Assembly: GCA_965217185.1 (NCBI GenBank)
Contig: OZ244252.1
Span: forward strand, 3,712,001 to 3,776,000
Direction of reading: 5' to 3'
Source: an uncultured Candidatus Entotheonella sp.
GTDB lineage: Bacteria > Tectomicrobia > Entotheonellia > Entotheonellales > Entotheonellaceae
Length of the DNA: 64,000 nucleotides
Under the pieces are notes generated by a model, which saw nothing but the letters and a program-made list of their open reading frames with translations, did no database searches and was not told the origin of the DNA. A program made the position numbers and the translations under genes. Numbering within the stretch: the first letter of the stretch is position 1; every line of letters starts with the position of its first letter. This document shows positions 47,641 through 58,112 of this stretch, in pieces.

Positions 47641-48669
47641 ATGAGCGATTTGCTGCTTCCCACCACCGTCGTCGGCAGCCACGCCTATCCGGGCTGGTTC
47701 TTCACCGCCCTTGAGGAAATCGAGCAGGGCCGCTATGGCAGCACCGATGCCCGCGAGGCCGTGGACGACGCGGTCAACGCCGCCATCCTGGACCAGGAGC
47801 GCGCCGGCGTGGACATCATCTCGGACGGCGAAATGCGCCGCTGGTACTTCGTACAGAGCTTCTACCGCCGCATGGAGGGCCTCGAGCGTCTGCCGGAGCT
47901 ACGCAAGACGGGCGTTTACGGCTACGACATGCCGCCGCGCTACCGCCCGGTCGAGCCCGTGACCGTGCCGCAGGGGTTGGGCATCGTCGAGGAGGTGCGT
48001 TATGCCCGCCAAGTCGCGCGGCACCCCCTCAAGGTGACCTGTCCGGGTCCCCTGACCCTGAGCATCCACATTCAGACCCGTGATCAGTCGTTTTACAAAG
48101 ACCGCTTGGAGTTATGCTGGTCCTTCGTGCCGGTGATCAACGCCGAGCTCAAGGCACTGGTGGCCGAGGGGGTTGACTTCCTGCAGATCGACGAGCCCTC
48201 GTACGCCATCGTCCCCGGTACGGCCAAGGACTACCTCGACCTGTACAACGCCACTGTCGCCGGGGTGGAGGCCAAAATTGCCTTGCACGTGTGCTTCGGC
48301 AATCTGGGCAGCCGGCCGCGCGGCCCGCGGCGATACGCGCCGCTGTTTCCCACCTTTCACGAGGCGCGGGCGGATCAGTTCGTGCTGGAGTTCGCCAACC
48401 GCGAGATGAAGGAAATCGAACGCCTCAAGGAGTTTTGCGACGGGCGCGAGGTGGGGCTGGGCGTCGTGGACGTGAAGTCGTTCTACGTGGAGCCGGTGGA
48501 GGAGATTGCTGAGCGGATTCGCGAGGGCTTGCAGCACATCGGGCCTGAAAAGGTGTTCATCAATCCCGACTGCGGATTTTTCCAACTGCCGCGCTGGCTC
48601 ACCGTGCTGAAGCTGCGGCGCATGGTGGAAGCTACCCAATTGGTACGGCGTGAGCTGACCGGCGGGTAG
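47641..48669 (+). CDS. Single-domain (core) cobalamin-independent methionine synthase II family protein
   Basis: PTTVVGS, DIISDGE, PGPLTL, QIDEP, HVCFGN, LEFANR, GVVDVK, NPDCG. Confidence 0.88.
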   Translation: MSDLLLPTTVVGSHAYPGWFFTALEEIEQGRYGSTDAREAVDDAVNAAILDQERAGVDIISDGEMRRWYFVQSFYRRMEGLERLPELRKTGVYGYDMPPRYRPVEPVTVPQGLGIVEEVRYARQVARHPLKVTCPGPLTLSIHIQTRDQSFYKDRLELCWSFVPVINAELKALVAEGVDFLQIDEPSYAIVPGTAKDYLDLYNATVAGVEAKIALHVCFGNLGSRPRGPRRYAPLFPTFHEARADQFVLEFANREMKEIERLKEFCDGREVGLGVVDVKSFYVEPVEEIAERIREGLQHIGPEKVFINPDCGFFQLPRWLTVLKLRRMVEATQLVRRELTGG

Positions 48670-48685
48670 GGAATTTTCGTGTCAT

Positions 48686-48716
48686 GTAGGTCGGATTAGC
48701 GAAGCGTAATCCGACA
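48686..48716 (+). repeat. GTAG-family REP palindrome, copy 3
   Basis: GTAGGTCGGATTAGCGAAGCGTAATCCGACA between convergent genes. Confidence 0.85.
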
Positions 48717-48740
48717 TTCCACTGAGACGAGACGCAGAAC

Positions 48741-49166
48741 CTACCTGAAGATCAGGTCCTTCAAAATCATCCCAAGAAAGCCGAAGGCAATGAAGAAGTA
48801 GAGACCCACTAACCAGGAGCGTATTTGCGCGACGCTCTGATTCAGATCGTTGAAGCGTTGATTGACGCTCTGGTTCAGATCGCCAAAGCGTTGGTTGACG
48901 CTTTGATTCATGTCATCGAAGCGTTTATCAATTTGCTCGAAGCGTTTATCAATTTGCTCGAAGCGTTTGTCAACCTGCTCGAACCGCTCATGGATGGCGC
49001 TGATCGCAGCGCGCAGTTCAACGACGTCCGCCTTAGTTGCAACCTGGGCGGCAATTGCCGTACTCAGCACCTCATCGAGTTCTTCAACGAGAACCTGTGC
49101 CTGGGTCTCAGGCATGCCGCTGTCCGACAGCTTGGTTTTCAGTCTGAGTGTGTCAACGACGGGCAT
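48741..49166 (-). CDS. DUF1640/CCDC90-like coiled-coil membrane-anchored protein with heptad and hendecad repeats
   Basis: DTL...L...GMPETQA, VATKADV, (RFEQIDK)n and (NQSVNQRFxDL)n, C-terminal TM helix. Confidence 0.75.
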   Translation of the reverse strand: MPVVDTLRLKTKLSDSGMPETQAQVLVEELDEVLSTAIAAQVATKADVVELRAAISAIHERFEQVDKRFEQIDKRFEQIDKRFDDMNQSVNQRFGDLNQSVNQRFNDLNQSVAQIRSWLVGLYFFIAFGFLGMILKDLIFR

Positions 49167-49231
49167 TGCATGACTCCTCGGACGACTGCAAAAGTCTGGC
49201 AGATCACTCTATCACAGAGATGTGTTGGAAA

Positions 49232-50413
49232 TCACCGCATCGGCTCGAACACCAACGGGTAATGCTTGAGGCCGCGGAAGAACGGGTTGTCGACGCGCTC
49301 GATCATCCCGCTCGGCTCCGGCTCCACGCGGTGCATGCGGTGCAGGATCGTTTCGGTGGCGACGCGCGCTTCGAGGCGGGCCAGCGGGGCGCCGAGGCAG
49401 AAGTGAATGCCGATGCCGAATGCCAAGTGACGGTCGATCGGGCGTTCAATGTCGAAGCGATCCGGATCGGGGAACACTTCCGGGTCGCGATTGGCGGAGG
49501 CCCAGAGCAGCAGGACTTTGCTGTCGGCGGGGATCGTCACGCCCCGGACGTCGACCGCTTCCGTGGTGGTGCGAAAAGTGCCCTGGATGGGTGAATCGTA
49601 GCGCAGCACTTCCTCGATCATGCCGGGGATGAATTCGGGCTGTTGGCGCACCTTCAGGCCCTCTTCGGCGTTCGTGAAGAGTGCCAGCGCGCCGTTGCCG
49701 ATCAGGTTGGTGGTGGTCTCGTTGCCTGCTACGAGCAGCAGCAGGCAGGCGTTGAGAAGCTCGCTCAGGGTAAGCGCGTCGCGTTCTTCCTGCGCCTGCA
49801 CCAGCGCCGATACCAGATCGTCCCGCGGTGCGCGGCGACGCGCCTCGATCATCTCCACGGAGTAGGCCTTGAACGCCTCCCAGCTCTCCATGTACTGCGC
49901 CATCCGCGTTTCGTTCTGTCCGGCGGCCACGATGTGGATCACGTCGTCGGACCAGCGCTTGAAGTCGTCCCGGCGCTCCGGGTCAACGCCCAGCATCTCG
50001 GCAATGACGATCACCGGCAGCGGATAGGCCAGGTCCTGAACCAGATCAAACGCCCCCTTGCCAATCACCGCATCCAGTAGTTCGTCCGTGATCGCCCGGA
50101 TGCGCGGTTCCAGTTGCGACACCATGCGCGGCGTAAACGCCTTGCTGACGAGCTTGCGCAACCGCGTGTGCTCCGGCGGGTCCTTGGTAATCATGGACAC
50201 CCCCTCTTGGCGGTCCGGTCCGATACCCTGAGCCGAGGAGAAAATCTCGGGCCGCCGCGCTGCCCACTCGACGTCCGCGTAGCGGCTCAGCACCCAGAAA
50301 TCCAGTTCCGCATTGTGATACACCGGATGCTCGCGCCGCAGCCACTCGTAGGCGGGATACGGATTTTCCTTCACCTCGGGCACAAACGGGTTGTACGTCT
50401 GTATGGCGGCCAT
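49232..50413 (-). CDS. Cytochrome P450
   Basis: DPPEHTRLR, AGNETT, EEVLRY, SANRDP, HLAFGIGIHFCLG. Confidence 0.96.
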   Translation of the reverse strand: MAAIQTYNPFVPEVKENPYPAYEWLRREHPVYHNAELDFWVLSRYADVEWAARRPEIFSSAQGIGPDRQEGVSMITKDPPEHTRLRKLVSKAFTPRMVSQLEPRIRAITDELLDAVIGKGAFDLVQDLAYPLPVIVIAEMLGVDPERRDDFKRWSDDVIHIVAAGQNETRMAQYMESWEAFKAYSVEMIEARRRAPRDDLVSALVQAQEERDALTLSELLNACLLLLVAGNETTTNLIGNGALALFTNAEEGLKVRQQPEFIPGMIEEVLRYDSPIQGTFRTTTEAVDVRGVTIPADSKVLLLWASANRDPEVFPDPDRFDIERPIDRHLAFGIGIHFCLGAPLARLEARVATETILHRMHRVEPEPSGMIERVDNPFFRGLKHYPLVFEPMR

Positions 50414-50430
50414 CGTACCTCACTCCCCTT

Positions 50431-52788
50431 TCAGGTGGTCTTTTTCGGCTTGATCAGCCACGCGCCGAGCGCCGGCAGCAGCACAATGGCGCCGATCATG
50501 TTGACGAGGAACATGAACGTCAGCACCGTGCCCATGTCGGCCTGCAGCTTGAGCGGCGCCACGATCCAGGTTGCCACGCCGGCCGCCAGGGTGAGGCCGG
50601 TCAGCACCACCGCGGCCCCCGCGGTGGCAAGGGTCCGCACGTAGGCGGTCGCAAAGTCGAGGCCCTCCGCCAAGTGGAGACGCAGCTGCCCGTATATATA
50701 GATGCCGTAATCGACGCCGATGCCGATACCGAACGCCACCACCGGCAGCGTCGAGACCTTCAGCCCGATCTCCAGCGCCGCCATGAGCGCATAGGCGAGC
50801 AGCGAGACGGCGGCGAGCGGCACGACGATGCACACCGTTGCCGTCAGCGAGCGGAAGAAGATCAGGCACAGGATGATGACCGCGGCGTAGACGTAGCCGA
50901 GAATCGGGAACTGCGAGGCTGAGACTTCCTCGTTGACCGCAGCCATGACGCCGACGTTACCGGAAGCGAGACGGAAGAGGATGTCCTCGTTCGGGTTGGC
51001 GGCGTTGAACGCCTTGACCGCGTCGACGATGCGCTCGATGGTCACGGCCTTGTGGTCCGCGGTGTAGACCATTACCGGCATGGCGCTGCAATCGGCGTTG
51101 AGCAGGCCGCTGCCGGTCGGCACGTACGTTCCGGTCTGCGCCAGCACGTATGGGTCGCGCGGCACGGTCCGCCATTTGAAGCTGCCTTCCTTGAGGCCGG
51201 ACGCGACCTTGCGAACGGCGCCGCTCAGCGCTGCCACGGATTGCACGCCCTCCACGTTGCGCAGGTGCCACTCGAAGCGGTCCAGGGTGTTCATTACCTC
51301 GTAGTCGATGCAGCCTTCCGACTTGGTTTCCGCGATGACCGTGAAGACGTCGACGCCGATCTCGAAGCGCTCGACGATGGCCGCGGTGTCAAGGTTGTAC
51401 GTGGAGGTTGGGCGCAGTTCCGGCACGCCGTGGTGCTGGTCGCCGATGCGCACCATCGGCGCATAGGAGGCGCCGACGATCATCAGGACGACGGCCAGGC
51501 CGATAGTGACGAGCGCCGGGCCGCGCCGCGCCAAGCCCGCAAAACGGGCCCACAGCGGCGCCAGGCGGCGGTCGCGTTCAAGGGCCGCCTCGCGCTGCCG
51601 GGCGCCGATCGTGACGTAGGAGAGCAGCACCGGCAGGAGTCCCAGATTGGTGAGGATGATGGCGGCAACGCCGAGGCTGGCGGCGATGGCAATTTCCTGA
51701 ATCACCGGCACCGCAATGAGCGAGATGGTCACGAATCCTACGGTGTCGGAGGCGAGCGCCACGGCACCGGGCAACAGCAGGCGGCGCAGGCTGTTGCGCG
51801 CGGCGGTGAGCGGTTCAGCGCCGCCAATCGCTTCGGCGCGCACCGCGCTGACCATCTGCACGCCGTGACTGACCCCGATCGCAAACACCAGAAAGGGCAC
51901 GAGGATGGATATCGGATCGATGCCGAAGCCGAGACCGACAAGCGCGCCGAGCTGCCACACCATGGCAATCAGGGCGCAGGCGAGCAGCATGGCGGTGAAA
52001 CGCAGGGAGCCGGTGTAGACGTAGACGAATAAAGCCGTGATTGCGAAAGTAATAACGAAGAACAGCACGACGCGTACCGCGCCCGCCGCGATGTCCCCCA
52101 CCACCTTGGCGAAGCCGATGACGTGCAAATCCGCGATGGGTTCGCCCCCGTCCGGCGCGCTCGCCTCGGCGCGAATGCGTTCGAGTTCCGCTGCGACGTT
52201 GAGGTAGTCGAGCTTCTTCCCGGTGTTGGGGTCGAATTCCTGCAGCTTGGCGCTGACCAGGGCGCCGGAAAAGTCGTTGGCGACCAGGCGGCCGACGACA
52301 CCGGCCTTGATGACGTTCTCGCGCACCAGCGCCAGGCTTTCGTCGGTTGGCTCGAAATCCGCCGGCAGGACGTCGCCGCTCATGAGGCCGTCCTCGATCA
52401 CCTCGATGAAGCGCACGTTGGGGGTGAGGATGGAATAGACCTGGGTGCGGTCGACGCCGGGCAGGAAGAACACGGCGTCCGTCACTCGGCGCAGCAAGGC
52501 GAAAAACTCGGGCGTGAACATGTTGCCGTCGCGTGCCATCACCGCCACGGCTACACGGTCGGCGCTGCCGAATTCGTCGCGATACTCAAGGAAGGTCTGC
52601 ATGTAATCGTGTTCGACCGGCAACAGCTTGGTGAAGCCGGCGTCCACGCGCAACCCGGTGGCCAGCCACGCCAGCGCCACCGTGACCACCACGAAGACGG
52701 CGAGGGTCACGAGGCGGCGGCCGAACACCAGACGGTCGATGAAGGTGGCGATGGGATGCCCGTTTCCGCTTGTCGCTGCTGCCGCCAT
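50431..52788 (-). CDS. RND/MMPL family transporter
   Basis: Two repeats of TM plus periplasmic domain; AIGVSHGVQ, GIGVDYGIY. Confidence 0.9.
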   Translation of the reverse strand: MAAAATSGNGHPIATFIDRLVFGRRLVTLAVFVVVTVALAWLATGLRVDAGFTKLLPVEHDYMQTFLEYRDEFGSADRVAVAVMARDGNMFTPEFFALLRRVTDAVFFLPGVDRTQVYSILTPNVRFIEVIEDGLMSGDVLPADFEPTDESLALVRENVIKAGVVGRLVANDFSGALVSAKLQEFDPNTGKKLDYLNVAAELERIRAEASAPDGGEPIADLHVIGFAKVVGDIAAGAVRVVLFFVITFAITALFVYVYTGSLRFTAMLLACALIAMVWQLGALVGLGFGIDPISILVPFLVFAIGVSHGVQMVSAVRAEAIGGAEPLTAARNSLRRLLLPGAVALASDTVGFVTISLIAVPVIQEIAIAASLGVAAIILTNLGLLPVLLSYVTIGARQREAALERDRRLAPLWARFAGLARRGPALVTIGLAVVLMIVGASYAPMVRIGDQHHGVPELRPTSTYNLDTAAIVERFEIGVDVFTVIAETKSEGCIDYEVMNTLDRFEWHLRNVEGVQSVAALSGAVRKVASGLKEGSFKWRTVPRDPYVLAQTGTYVPTGSGLLNADCSAMPVMVYTADHKAVTIERIVDAVKAFNAANPNEDILFRLASGNVGVMAAVNEEVSASQFPILGYVYAAVIILCLIFFRSLTATVCIVVPLAAVSLLAYALMAALEIGLKVSTLPVVAFGIGIGVDYGIYIYGQLRLHLAEGLDFATAYVRTLATAGAAVVLTGLTLAAGVATWIVAPLKLQADMGTVLTFMFLVNMIGAIVLLPALGAWLIKPKKTT

Positions 52789-52797
52789 TACGCCCGC

Positions 52798-53832
52798 CTA
52801 TTCGATTTCGGAAAGGGGTTCGACCCCGGATTCCCCGACCAGCACGACGCTGCCGTCGGCTGTTGCCAGGGCGGTGGATATGCCTTGCCGCGAGGGTAGG
52901 GTCCGGTACGAGACGCTGAGACCGTTGTCGCGGCTGGTCAGAAGGGCACCGGCGAGGCCGGTGATCAGGATCAGGTCGGGGTTCACCTGCACGAGGTCGG
53001 TCAGCGTTGCGGTTGTGCCGGTTTCGATCTGCGTCCAGCTTTCGCCCGCATCCTCGGAACGGAACAGGCGGCCGCGAAGCCCTGCGACGAGCACCGTATC
53101 CGCGTCCAGGGCCAAGGCGCCGAACCATGAGCCGCTGTAGGGTGAGGGCAAGGCGCGCCACGTCTCGCCGCCATCGTCGGAGCGGTACAGAACGCCCGCC
53201 TCACCGGCGAGAAAGAGCCGGTCGGGTCCGGCCGGTGCAATGGCGTTAAGGTGGAAATCGTCCTCGAAGTCACTACCTGCGGCATGAAGCAGCGGCGGTC
53301 CGCTCTCTCCCTCGTCGTCTTCCCAGCAACCGTTGCGGCAGGTCCAGGTGTCGGCGCCGTCCGCGGTGGCGATGAAGGTGCCGAAAGCGCCCACCGCGAA
53401 GCCGTTGTCTGCGTCGCGGAACCAGATATCGAGCAGCGGTAGTTGCGCTTGCGGCGCGTAGTGAGCCAGTTGCCACGTCTCGCCGCCGTCGCGCGTGCGC
53501 AGGATGACCGCGTCGTGCCCAACCGCCCAGCCCGATTGCGCGTCTTGCATGCGCACCGCCGTCAGCATGACCTGCACCGGCACCCGCGCCTGCGTCCAGG
53601 TCTCCCCGTCATCATCGGAAAACAAGATATGACCGCGTTCGCCGACCACGACCAAGCGCGACCCGGCCGCCGCTCCGTCAAGCAACAGCGAGGTCGCGGC
53701 AAGCCGAGACTCGACCGCCGGCATCTGGGCCGCCGCGGGTGCAACCAGCGCCGCGCAGACGGTCAGGACGAGCCACAGCCCGAGGCGTCCGCCACACGCG
53801 AGCAGAGCGGTTTCCCTTCGCCGCCCGGCCAA
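52798..53832 (-). CDS. YCF48/BNR-repeat beta-propeller protein (start uncertain)
   Basis: Repeated S.DGGETW Asp-boxes, VGERGHIL, SPYSGSWFG. Confidence 0.85.
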   Translation of the reverse strand: MAGRRRETALLACGGRLGLWLVLTVCAALVAPAAAQMPAVESRLAATSLLLDGAAAGSRLVVVGERGHILFSDDDGETWTQARVPVQVMLTAVRMQDAQSGWAVGHDAVILRTRDGGETWQLAHYAPQAQLPLLDIWFRDADNGFAVGAFGTFIATADGADTWTCRNGCWEDDEGESGPPLLHAAGSDFEDDFHLNAIAPAGPDRLFLAGEAGVLYRSDDGGETWRALPSPYSGSWFGALALDADTVLVAGLRGRLFRSEDAGESWTQIETGTTATLTDLVQVNPDLILITGLAGALLTSRDNGLSVSYRTLPSRQGISTALATADGSVVLVGESGVEPLSEIE

Positions 53833-53834
53833 AA

Positions 53835-55196
53835 TCAGCGCCGGCCTTCGCGGCGCAGGGCCGCCGGGGTGAAGTCGCGTGACTTTGCCACCACGTCCTG
53901 CGTGCACATGGGGAATTCGTTGTCGAGGCCGAGGGCGAGGTAGCGTCCGGCCTGCAGGTCGGTGTGCACCTCAAGCGTCGACCAGATCAGCGGCTTTTCG
54001 TAGTAGTTGATGACGTGCGCTTCCGACACCCGCCAGAGCTCGTCGCGGTTGTCGTAGATGTCGGCCAGCATGATCTGCCAGGAATCCTCGTCGATGTAGA
54101 GGGTGCGCCGGTTGTAGATGTGCCGTGCGCCCTCCTTGAGGGTGGCCTCGACCACCCACACCCGATGCAGCTCATAGCGCAGGTGCGCCGGGTTGACGTG
54201 CAGCGGGGTGAGGACGTCGGCGAAGGTTATCTGGTCGCTGTGCAACTCGTAGGCGTTATACGGCACGTAGATTTCGCGCTTGCCGACAAGTTGCCAGTCG
54301 TAGCGGTCGACGGCGCCGTTGAACATGTCGAACTGATCGGCGGTGCGCAGCCCGTCCGTGGTGGTGCCCGGGTTGTCATAGGCGACGTTCGGCGCCCGCC
54401 GCACCCGGCGCTGGCCGGGGTTGTAGGTCCAGGCGTTGCGCGGCTCGCGTACCTGGTTCATGGTCTCGTGCACCAGCAGGATGTCGCCCGCCAACCGCGC
54501 CGGCGCCAGCACCTTCTGCTTGAACAGGATCATGGTGTTGTCGAGGTCTTCCTCGGTCATGCCCGGCAGCGAGTAGCGCATCTCGATTTCGAGGTCGTAC
54601 TTGACGACCGTGTAAGCGCCGCCGCGTGTCACCGCGGCCTGGCCGATGGTGCAGGCGATTGTCTCGCCCCGGTAGCGCAGCAGGTGGTTCCAGACGGCTT
54701 CCAGGCCGTTGGACGGGATGGGGAAGGGGATGCCGATCACCGCACCGCCGACGCCGTTGCCGTCGTCCACCAGATTCGCGGTAGCAGCGATATTCCGGGT
54801 GGCGTCGTAGATGCGCTGCGGCGCCGAGGCGCTGCGCCGGGTCGGATAGACCTGCATCTCGAAGGACGGATAGGTTTCCAGCATGCGCTGGTGCCCGACC
54901 GACAGTTTGTCGCGGTGCTCGTCGAGGTTGGCGGCGTTGATGACGAAGAGCGGCTGGTCGCCGCCGTACGGGTCGCGGTGATGCTCGCCGACGACGTAGC
55001 CGTCCGGCGGCGTGGTGATGCCGCCGGTCCATTCCGGGATGGTGCCGTCGGCGTTGCCCGCCCGCTCGCCGCCGAGGGGCGTGAGGTCGTTGCCGAGCCG
55101 CGCGAGTTGTTCCTCCGTGACCTCCGCAGCGGCGGGGTAGGCAAGAGCACTCACGAGCGCGAGCGCGACCCAAAGTCGAAGGGTCGATTTATTCAT
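53835..55196 (-). CDS. DUF1329 domain periplasmic protein
   Basis: LTPLGGERAGNADGTIPEWTGG, PFPIP, YNPGQRRVRRAP, RYELHRVWVVEA, DEDSW. Confidence 0.92.
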   Translation of the reverse strand: MNKSTLRLWVALALVSALAYPAAAEVTEEQLARLGNDLTPLGGERAGNADGTIPEWTGGITTPPDGYVVGEHHRDPYGGDQPLFVINAANLDEHRDKLSVGHQRMLETYPSFEMQVYPTRRSASAPQRIYDATRNIAATANLVDDGNGVGGAVIGIPFPIPSNGLEAVWNHLLRYRGETIACTIGQAAVTRGGAYTVVKYDLEIEMRYSLPGMTEEDLDNTMILFKQKVLAPARLAGDILLVHETMNQVREPRNAWTYNPGQRRVRRAPNVAYDNPGTTTDGLRTADQFDMFNGAVDRYDWQLVGKREIYVPYNAYELHSDQITFADVLTPLHVNPAHLRYELHRVWVVEATLKEGARHIYNRRTLYIDEDSWQIMLADIYDNRDELWRVSEAHVINYYEKPLIWSTLEVHTDLQAGRYLALGLDNEFPMCTQDVVAKSRDFTPAALRREGRR

Positions 55197-55208
55197 GGTC
55201 CTTAGCCC

Positions 55209-57677
55209 TCAGAATGAGTATTTGACGGTGGCGGAGATGAAATCGCGGTCGTGCAGTTCGTTTTCCTTGCCGCCGTACATGGTGAGATTGAGGTTGGCCT
55301 CCCAGCGGCTGAGATAGCCGGCGCGCAGCCCGAGGGTCACCGCGGTGCGGCCCTCCACGAACGAACCGCTGGGTGAAGGGCTGTTGCCGCCGACGTCGTG
55401 CTGGAACTGCAGGTACGGGAACAGGTTCACCGCGCCGATAGCGTTGTTGTAGTCCAGCCGCATCGCCAGCCGGTAACCCCACGAGGTGGCTTCGGCGTCG
55501 CTGCTGTACGTATATGGGTCGCCGTCGGGCTCGCCGGCGGGGCTTTCGATGGGGATGGCGCCGGCAAAGGCCGGGTTTGGGCTCCCGTCGGGATTCGTGG
55601 TGCTGATCCCCTTGCCTTCCGGCATGTCGTGCACGTTCAATACCGCGACTTCGCTCACGAACGCCCCGCTGTCCGAACCCAGGGTGGGGCCGAACACCTT
55701 GGTGGCGGTGACCTGTGCTTGGCTCATGTCGCGCAGAATGTAGCCGCGGCCGGGGCCGTCCGAGTCATACTCGCCGTCGGCGGCCTTCCGCGCGATACAC
55801 TGGGAGGCCGTTGAGGCGGGATCTTGCGCCACAGCCGCCGCCGCCAAGCACTCGGTGAACGGCCCGAGGGCATTGGCGAAGACCTTGCGCTCCGCGAGTT
55901 GCAGCGGCGCGTCCGGGCGGAAGGAGTATTCGCCCTGCAACGCCCACCCCGTTGTTCCGACCTCGGTACTGAAGCTGACACCGAGGAGCTGGATATCCTC
56001 CAGATACTCGATGAAGTAGTAAGCATTTTCAGTGTACTTGTCGATGCCGATGGGTGCGGCCAATATGGCTGCCTGCCCGCCTGCCGCCGCGGCCTTGTTC
56101 CGGATGTCTGCCTCGGCGGCGGGGTTTGCGCTGAACAGGGCGGCCGCGGCGGCCTCGGGAGCGGCGCCAATGACGGCCCTGACGGTTTCCAGATCCATGA
56201 GAACGACCCCGGCGGCGGCCTGTACGCCTGCCGCCCCAGCGAGGGCGGCCTGAATGGCAGCAGGGTCGCCGTCGTTAGCGGCATCCAGTACGCCCGCGGT
56301 GATGAGGGCCTGCACGATAGAGCGGGCAGTGTCGGTCGCCGGGTTCCTGAGAGCAGTGCCGATGGCGTCCTGGACGACCATGCTGCCAGCCGGGGTGCCG
56401 GCGGCGGCTCCGACAATCGCGCCGGCTGTGGCCGGATTCGCCGGATCCAAAAGAGCGGCGCCGATGGCTACTGCGGTGAGGGCAGCGCCGGTGTCCGCGC
56501 CGACCTTTCCGGCCAGCCCGAGAACGTGGCTGAGGCCGGCCAGAGCGTCCGCACTCGTTCCGGTGTGCCCACTGACAACCGGCAGACGACTGTGGTAGTT
56601 GATGTAGTAGAAGCCGAAATCGGTGCTGTTCAATCCTTCGGCGAAGTAGCGGAGCGCGGCGCCCCACTGGCCCGCATCATCCGGCCTGTGGTCCGCGTGG
56701 CGCGGGACGATCAGGAAATTGGACAGGAATTCGTCATCCGGCTGAAACATCCGGCCCTGCGGGCACCCCCCTTGCATAGACCCCGGAGAGGGGAAGACGC
56801 ACGTTGGCGGAATGCCGAGACTGCCGAGCGCTGGCGTGAAGAAATTGTTCTCCGGCGTGAGGCCCATGTCCCCGAGGTCCAGTCCGGGAAGGGCGATTAC
56901 CGCCTTCCCGGCGCCCGGGCCGACGTAGTCGGTGACCGAGAAGTAGCTTCCGGCTGGGTCAATCTTCGTCCTCTGCCAGTCGAGTTGATAGAAGCCCTCC
57001 ATCGACAGCGTGTCGGTCAGCAATACCGAGGCCGAGACCATTGGCACCGGCACCAGCCCTTCGCGCAGCTCCGAGCCCGGCAGCCGGAGCTTGCTCACGT
57101 CGAAGGGGTTGATGGCGTTGATGCCGTTCTGGATGAACGTGCTCTCGCCCCAGTTCAGGACGTGGCTGCCGAGGCGCAGGTCGATCGCCACGTTTCCAAT
57201 ATCGAATGCGCCGGTGAGGTAGGCGTCGAGCAAAATGATGTCCTGCCCCACCAGTTCCTTCGCCTCATCGCTCAGGGGGGTGCGTTCCCGCTCGCCATGC
57301 TCGTTTTCGAAGTCGAGAAAGCCATTGAGGCGCAGGAAGGCGCCGAAGTTGCGGTAGCCGAGGTCGATGTCGGTGGTGAATTTGGAGGTGTTGCTGACGA
57401 GGCCGGGTTTGTAGTTAAGGTCGCCGTCGTTGCCATTGACGTCACCAATCAGAAGGTCATCCTGATCCTGGATACGGAAGGTGAGGCCGTGCGACAGGGT
57501 GGTGTCGAGACTGAGCCGCAGGTCGCCGTCGCTGAGATCTATCGCCTGCGCGGGCGGTGGGCTTGCGACGGCTCCGAGGGCGTAGACGCAGAGGGCCGCA
57601 ACGGCCAGGGCGCGAAGACCTCCAAGCCACAGGTTCGGTAGCATCTGGCGGCATTGGCCGCACGGTATTGCGTGCAT
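55209..57677 (-). CDS. DUF1302 family outer-membrane protein with Ala-rich insertion
   Basis: LDTTLSHG, NDGDLNY, NWGESTF, YINYHSRLP, GEYSFRP, DRDFISATVKYSF (C-terminal Phe). Confidence 0.88.
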   Translation of the reverse strand: MHAIPCGQCRQMLPNLWLGGLRALAVAALCVYALGAVASPPPAQAIDLSDGDLRLSLDTTLSHGLTFRIQDQDDLLIGDVNGNDGDLNYKPGLVSNTSKFTTDIDLGYRNFGAFLRLNGFLDFENEHGERERTPLSDEAKELVGQDIILLDAYLTGAFDIGNVAIDLRLGSHVLNWGESTFIQNGINAINPFDVSKLRLPGSELREGLVPVPMVSASVLLTDTLSMEGFYQLDWQRTKIDPAGSYFSVTDYVGPGAGKAVIALPGLDLGDMGLTPENNFFTPALGSLGIPPTCVFPSPGSMQGGCPQGRMFQPDDEFLSNFLIVPRHADHRPDDAGQWGAALRYFAEGLNSTDFGFYYINYHSRLPVVSGHTGTSADALAGLSHVLGLAGKVGADTGAALTAVAIGAALLDPANPATAGAIVGAAAGTPAGSMVVQDAIGTALRNPATDTARSIVQALITAGVLDAANDGDPAAIQAALAGAAGVQAAAGVVLMDLETVRAVIGAAPEAAAAALFSANPAAEADIRNKAAAAGGQAAILAAPIGIDKYTENAYYFIEYLEDIQLLGVSFSTEVGTTGWALQGEYSFRPDAPLQLAERKVFANALGPFTECLAAAAVAQDPASTASQCIARKAADGEYDSDGPGRGYILRDMSQAQVTATKVFGPTLGSDSGAFVSEVAVLNVHDMPEGKGISTTNPDGSPNPAFAGAIPIESPAGEPDGDPYTYSSDAEATSWGYRLAMRLDYNNAIGAVNLFPYLQFQHDVGGNSPSPSGSFVEGRTAVTLGLRAGYLSRWEANLNLTMYGGKENELHDRDFISATVKYSF

Positions 57678-57899
57678 GAACGAATCCTCATAGAGCTATG
57701 TTTGGCAGCAAGTTATGATGTGGCTTCCTACCCCAAAACCTTTACAGGAATACAGGGCGGGCGGGGATGGTGTCAAGGTTGATTTTCCGGCGGGCTTGGC
57801 TGCCCGTGAAGAATTGCATTGGCCCCTAGCGGTTATGCGTCGTATACTGAGAACCATTCATTATCCCAGTAGCTCTCCAGTAGCTGTGAGGAGGTCGTA

Positions 57900-58112
57900 A
57901 TGTTCGGTCTAGGCGTGCAAGAACTGGTTATCATCCTCGCCATTGCCATGTTGTTTTTCGGTGGCAAGAAGATCCCGGAGATCGCCAAGGGCTTGGGCAA
58001 AGGCATTCGGGAATTCAAGACGGCCAGCGAAAAAGCGACGGACGATGTGACGGACGCAATCGAAGGCGACGGGGACGAGGAGTCCAAGAAGGTCGAAAGC
58101 AAGACGTCGTAA
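57900..58112 (+). CDS. tatA: Twin-arginine translocase TatA/E
   Basis: MFGLGVQEL..I..IA..FFGGKKIPEIAKGLGKGIREFK. Confidence 0.95.
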   Translation: MFGLGVQELVIILAIAMLFFGGKKIPEIAKGLGKGIREFKTASEKATDDVTDAIEGDGDEESKKVESKTS

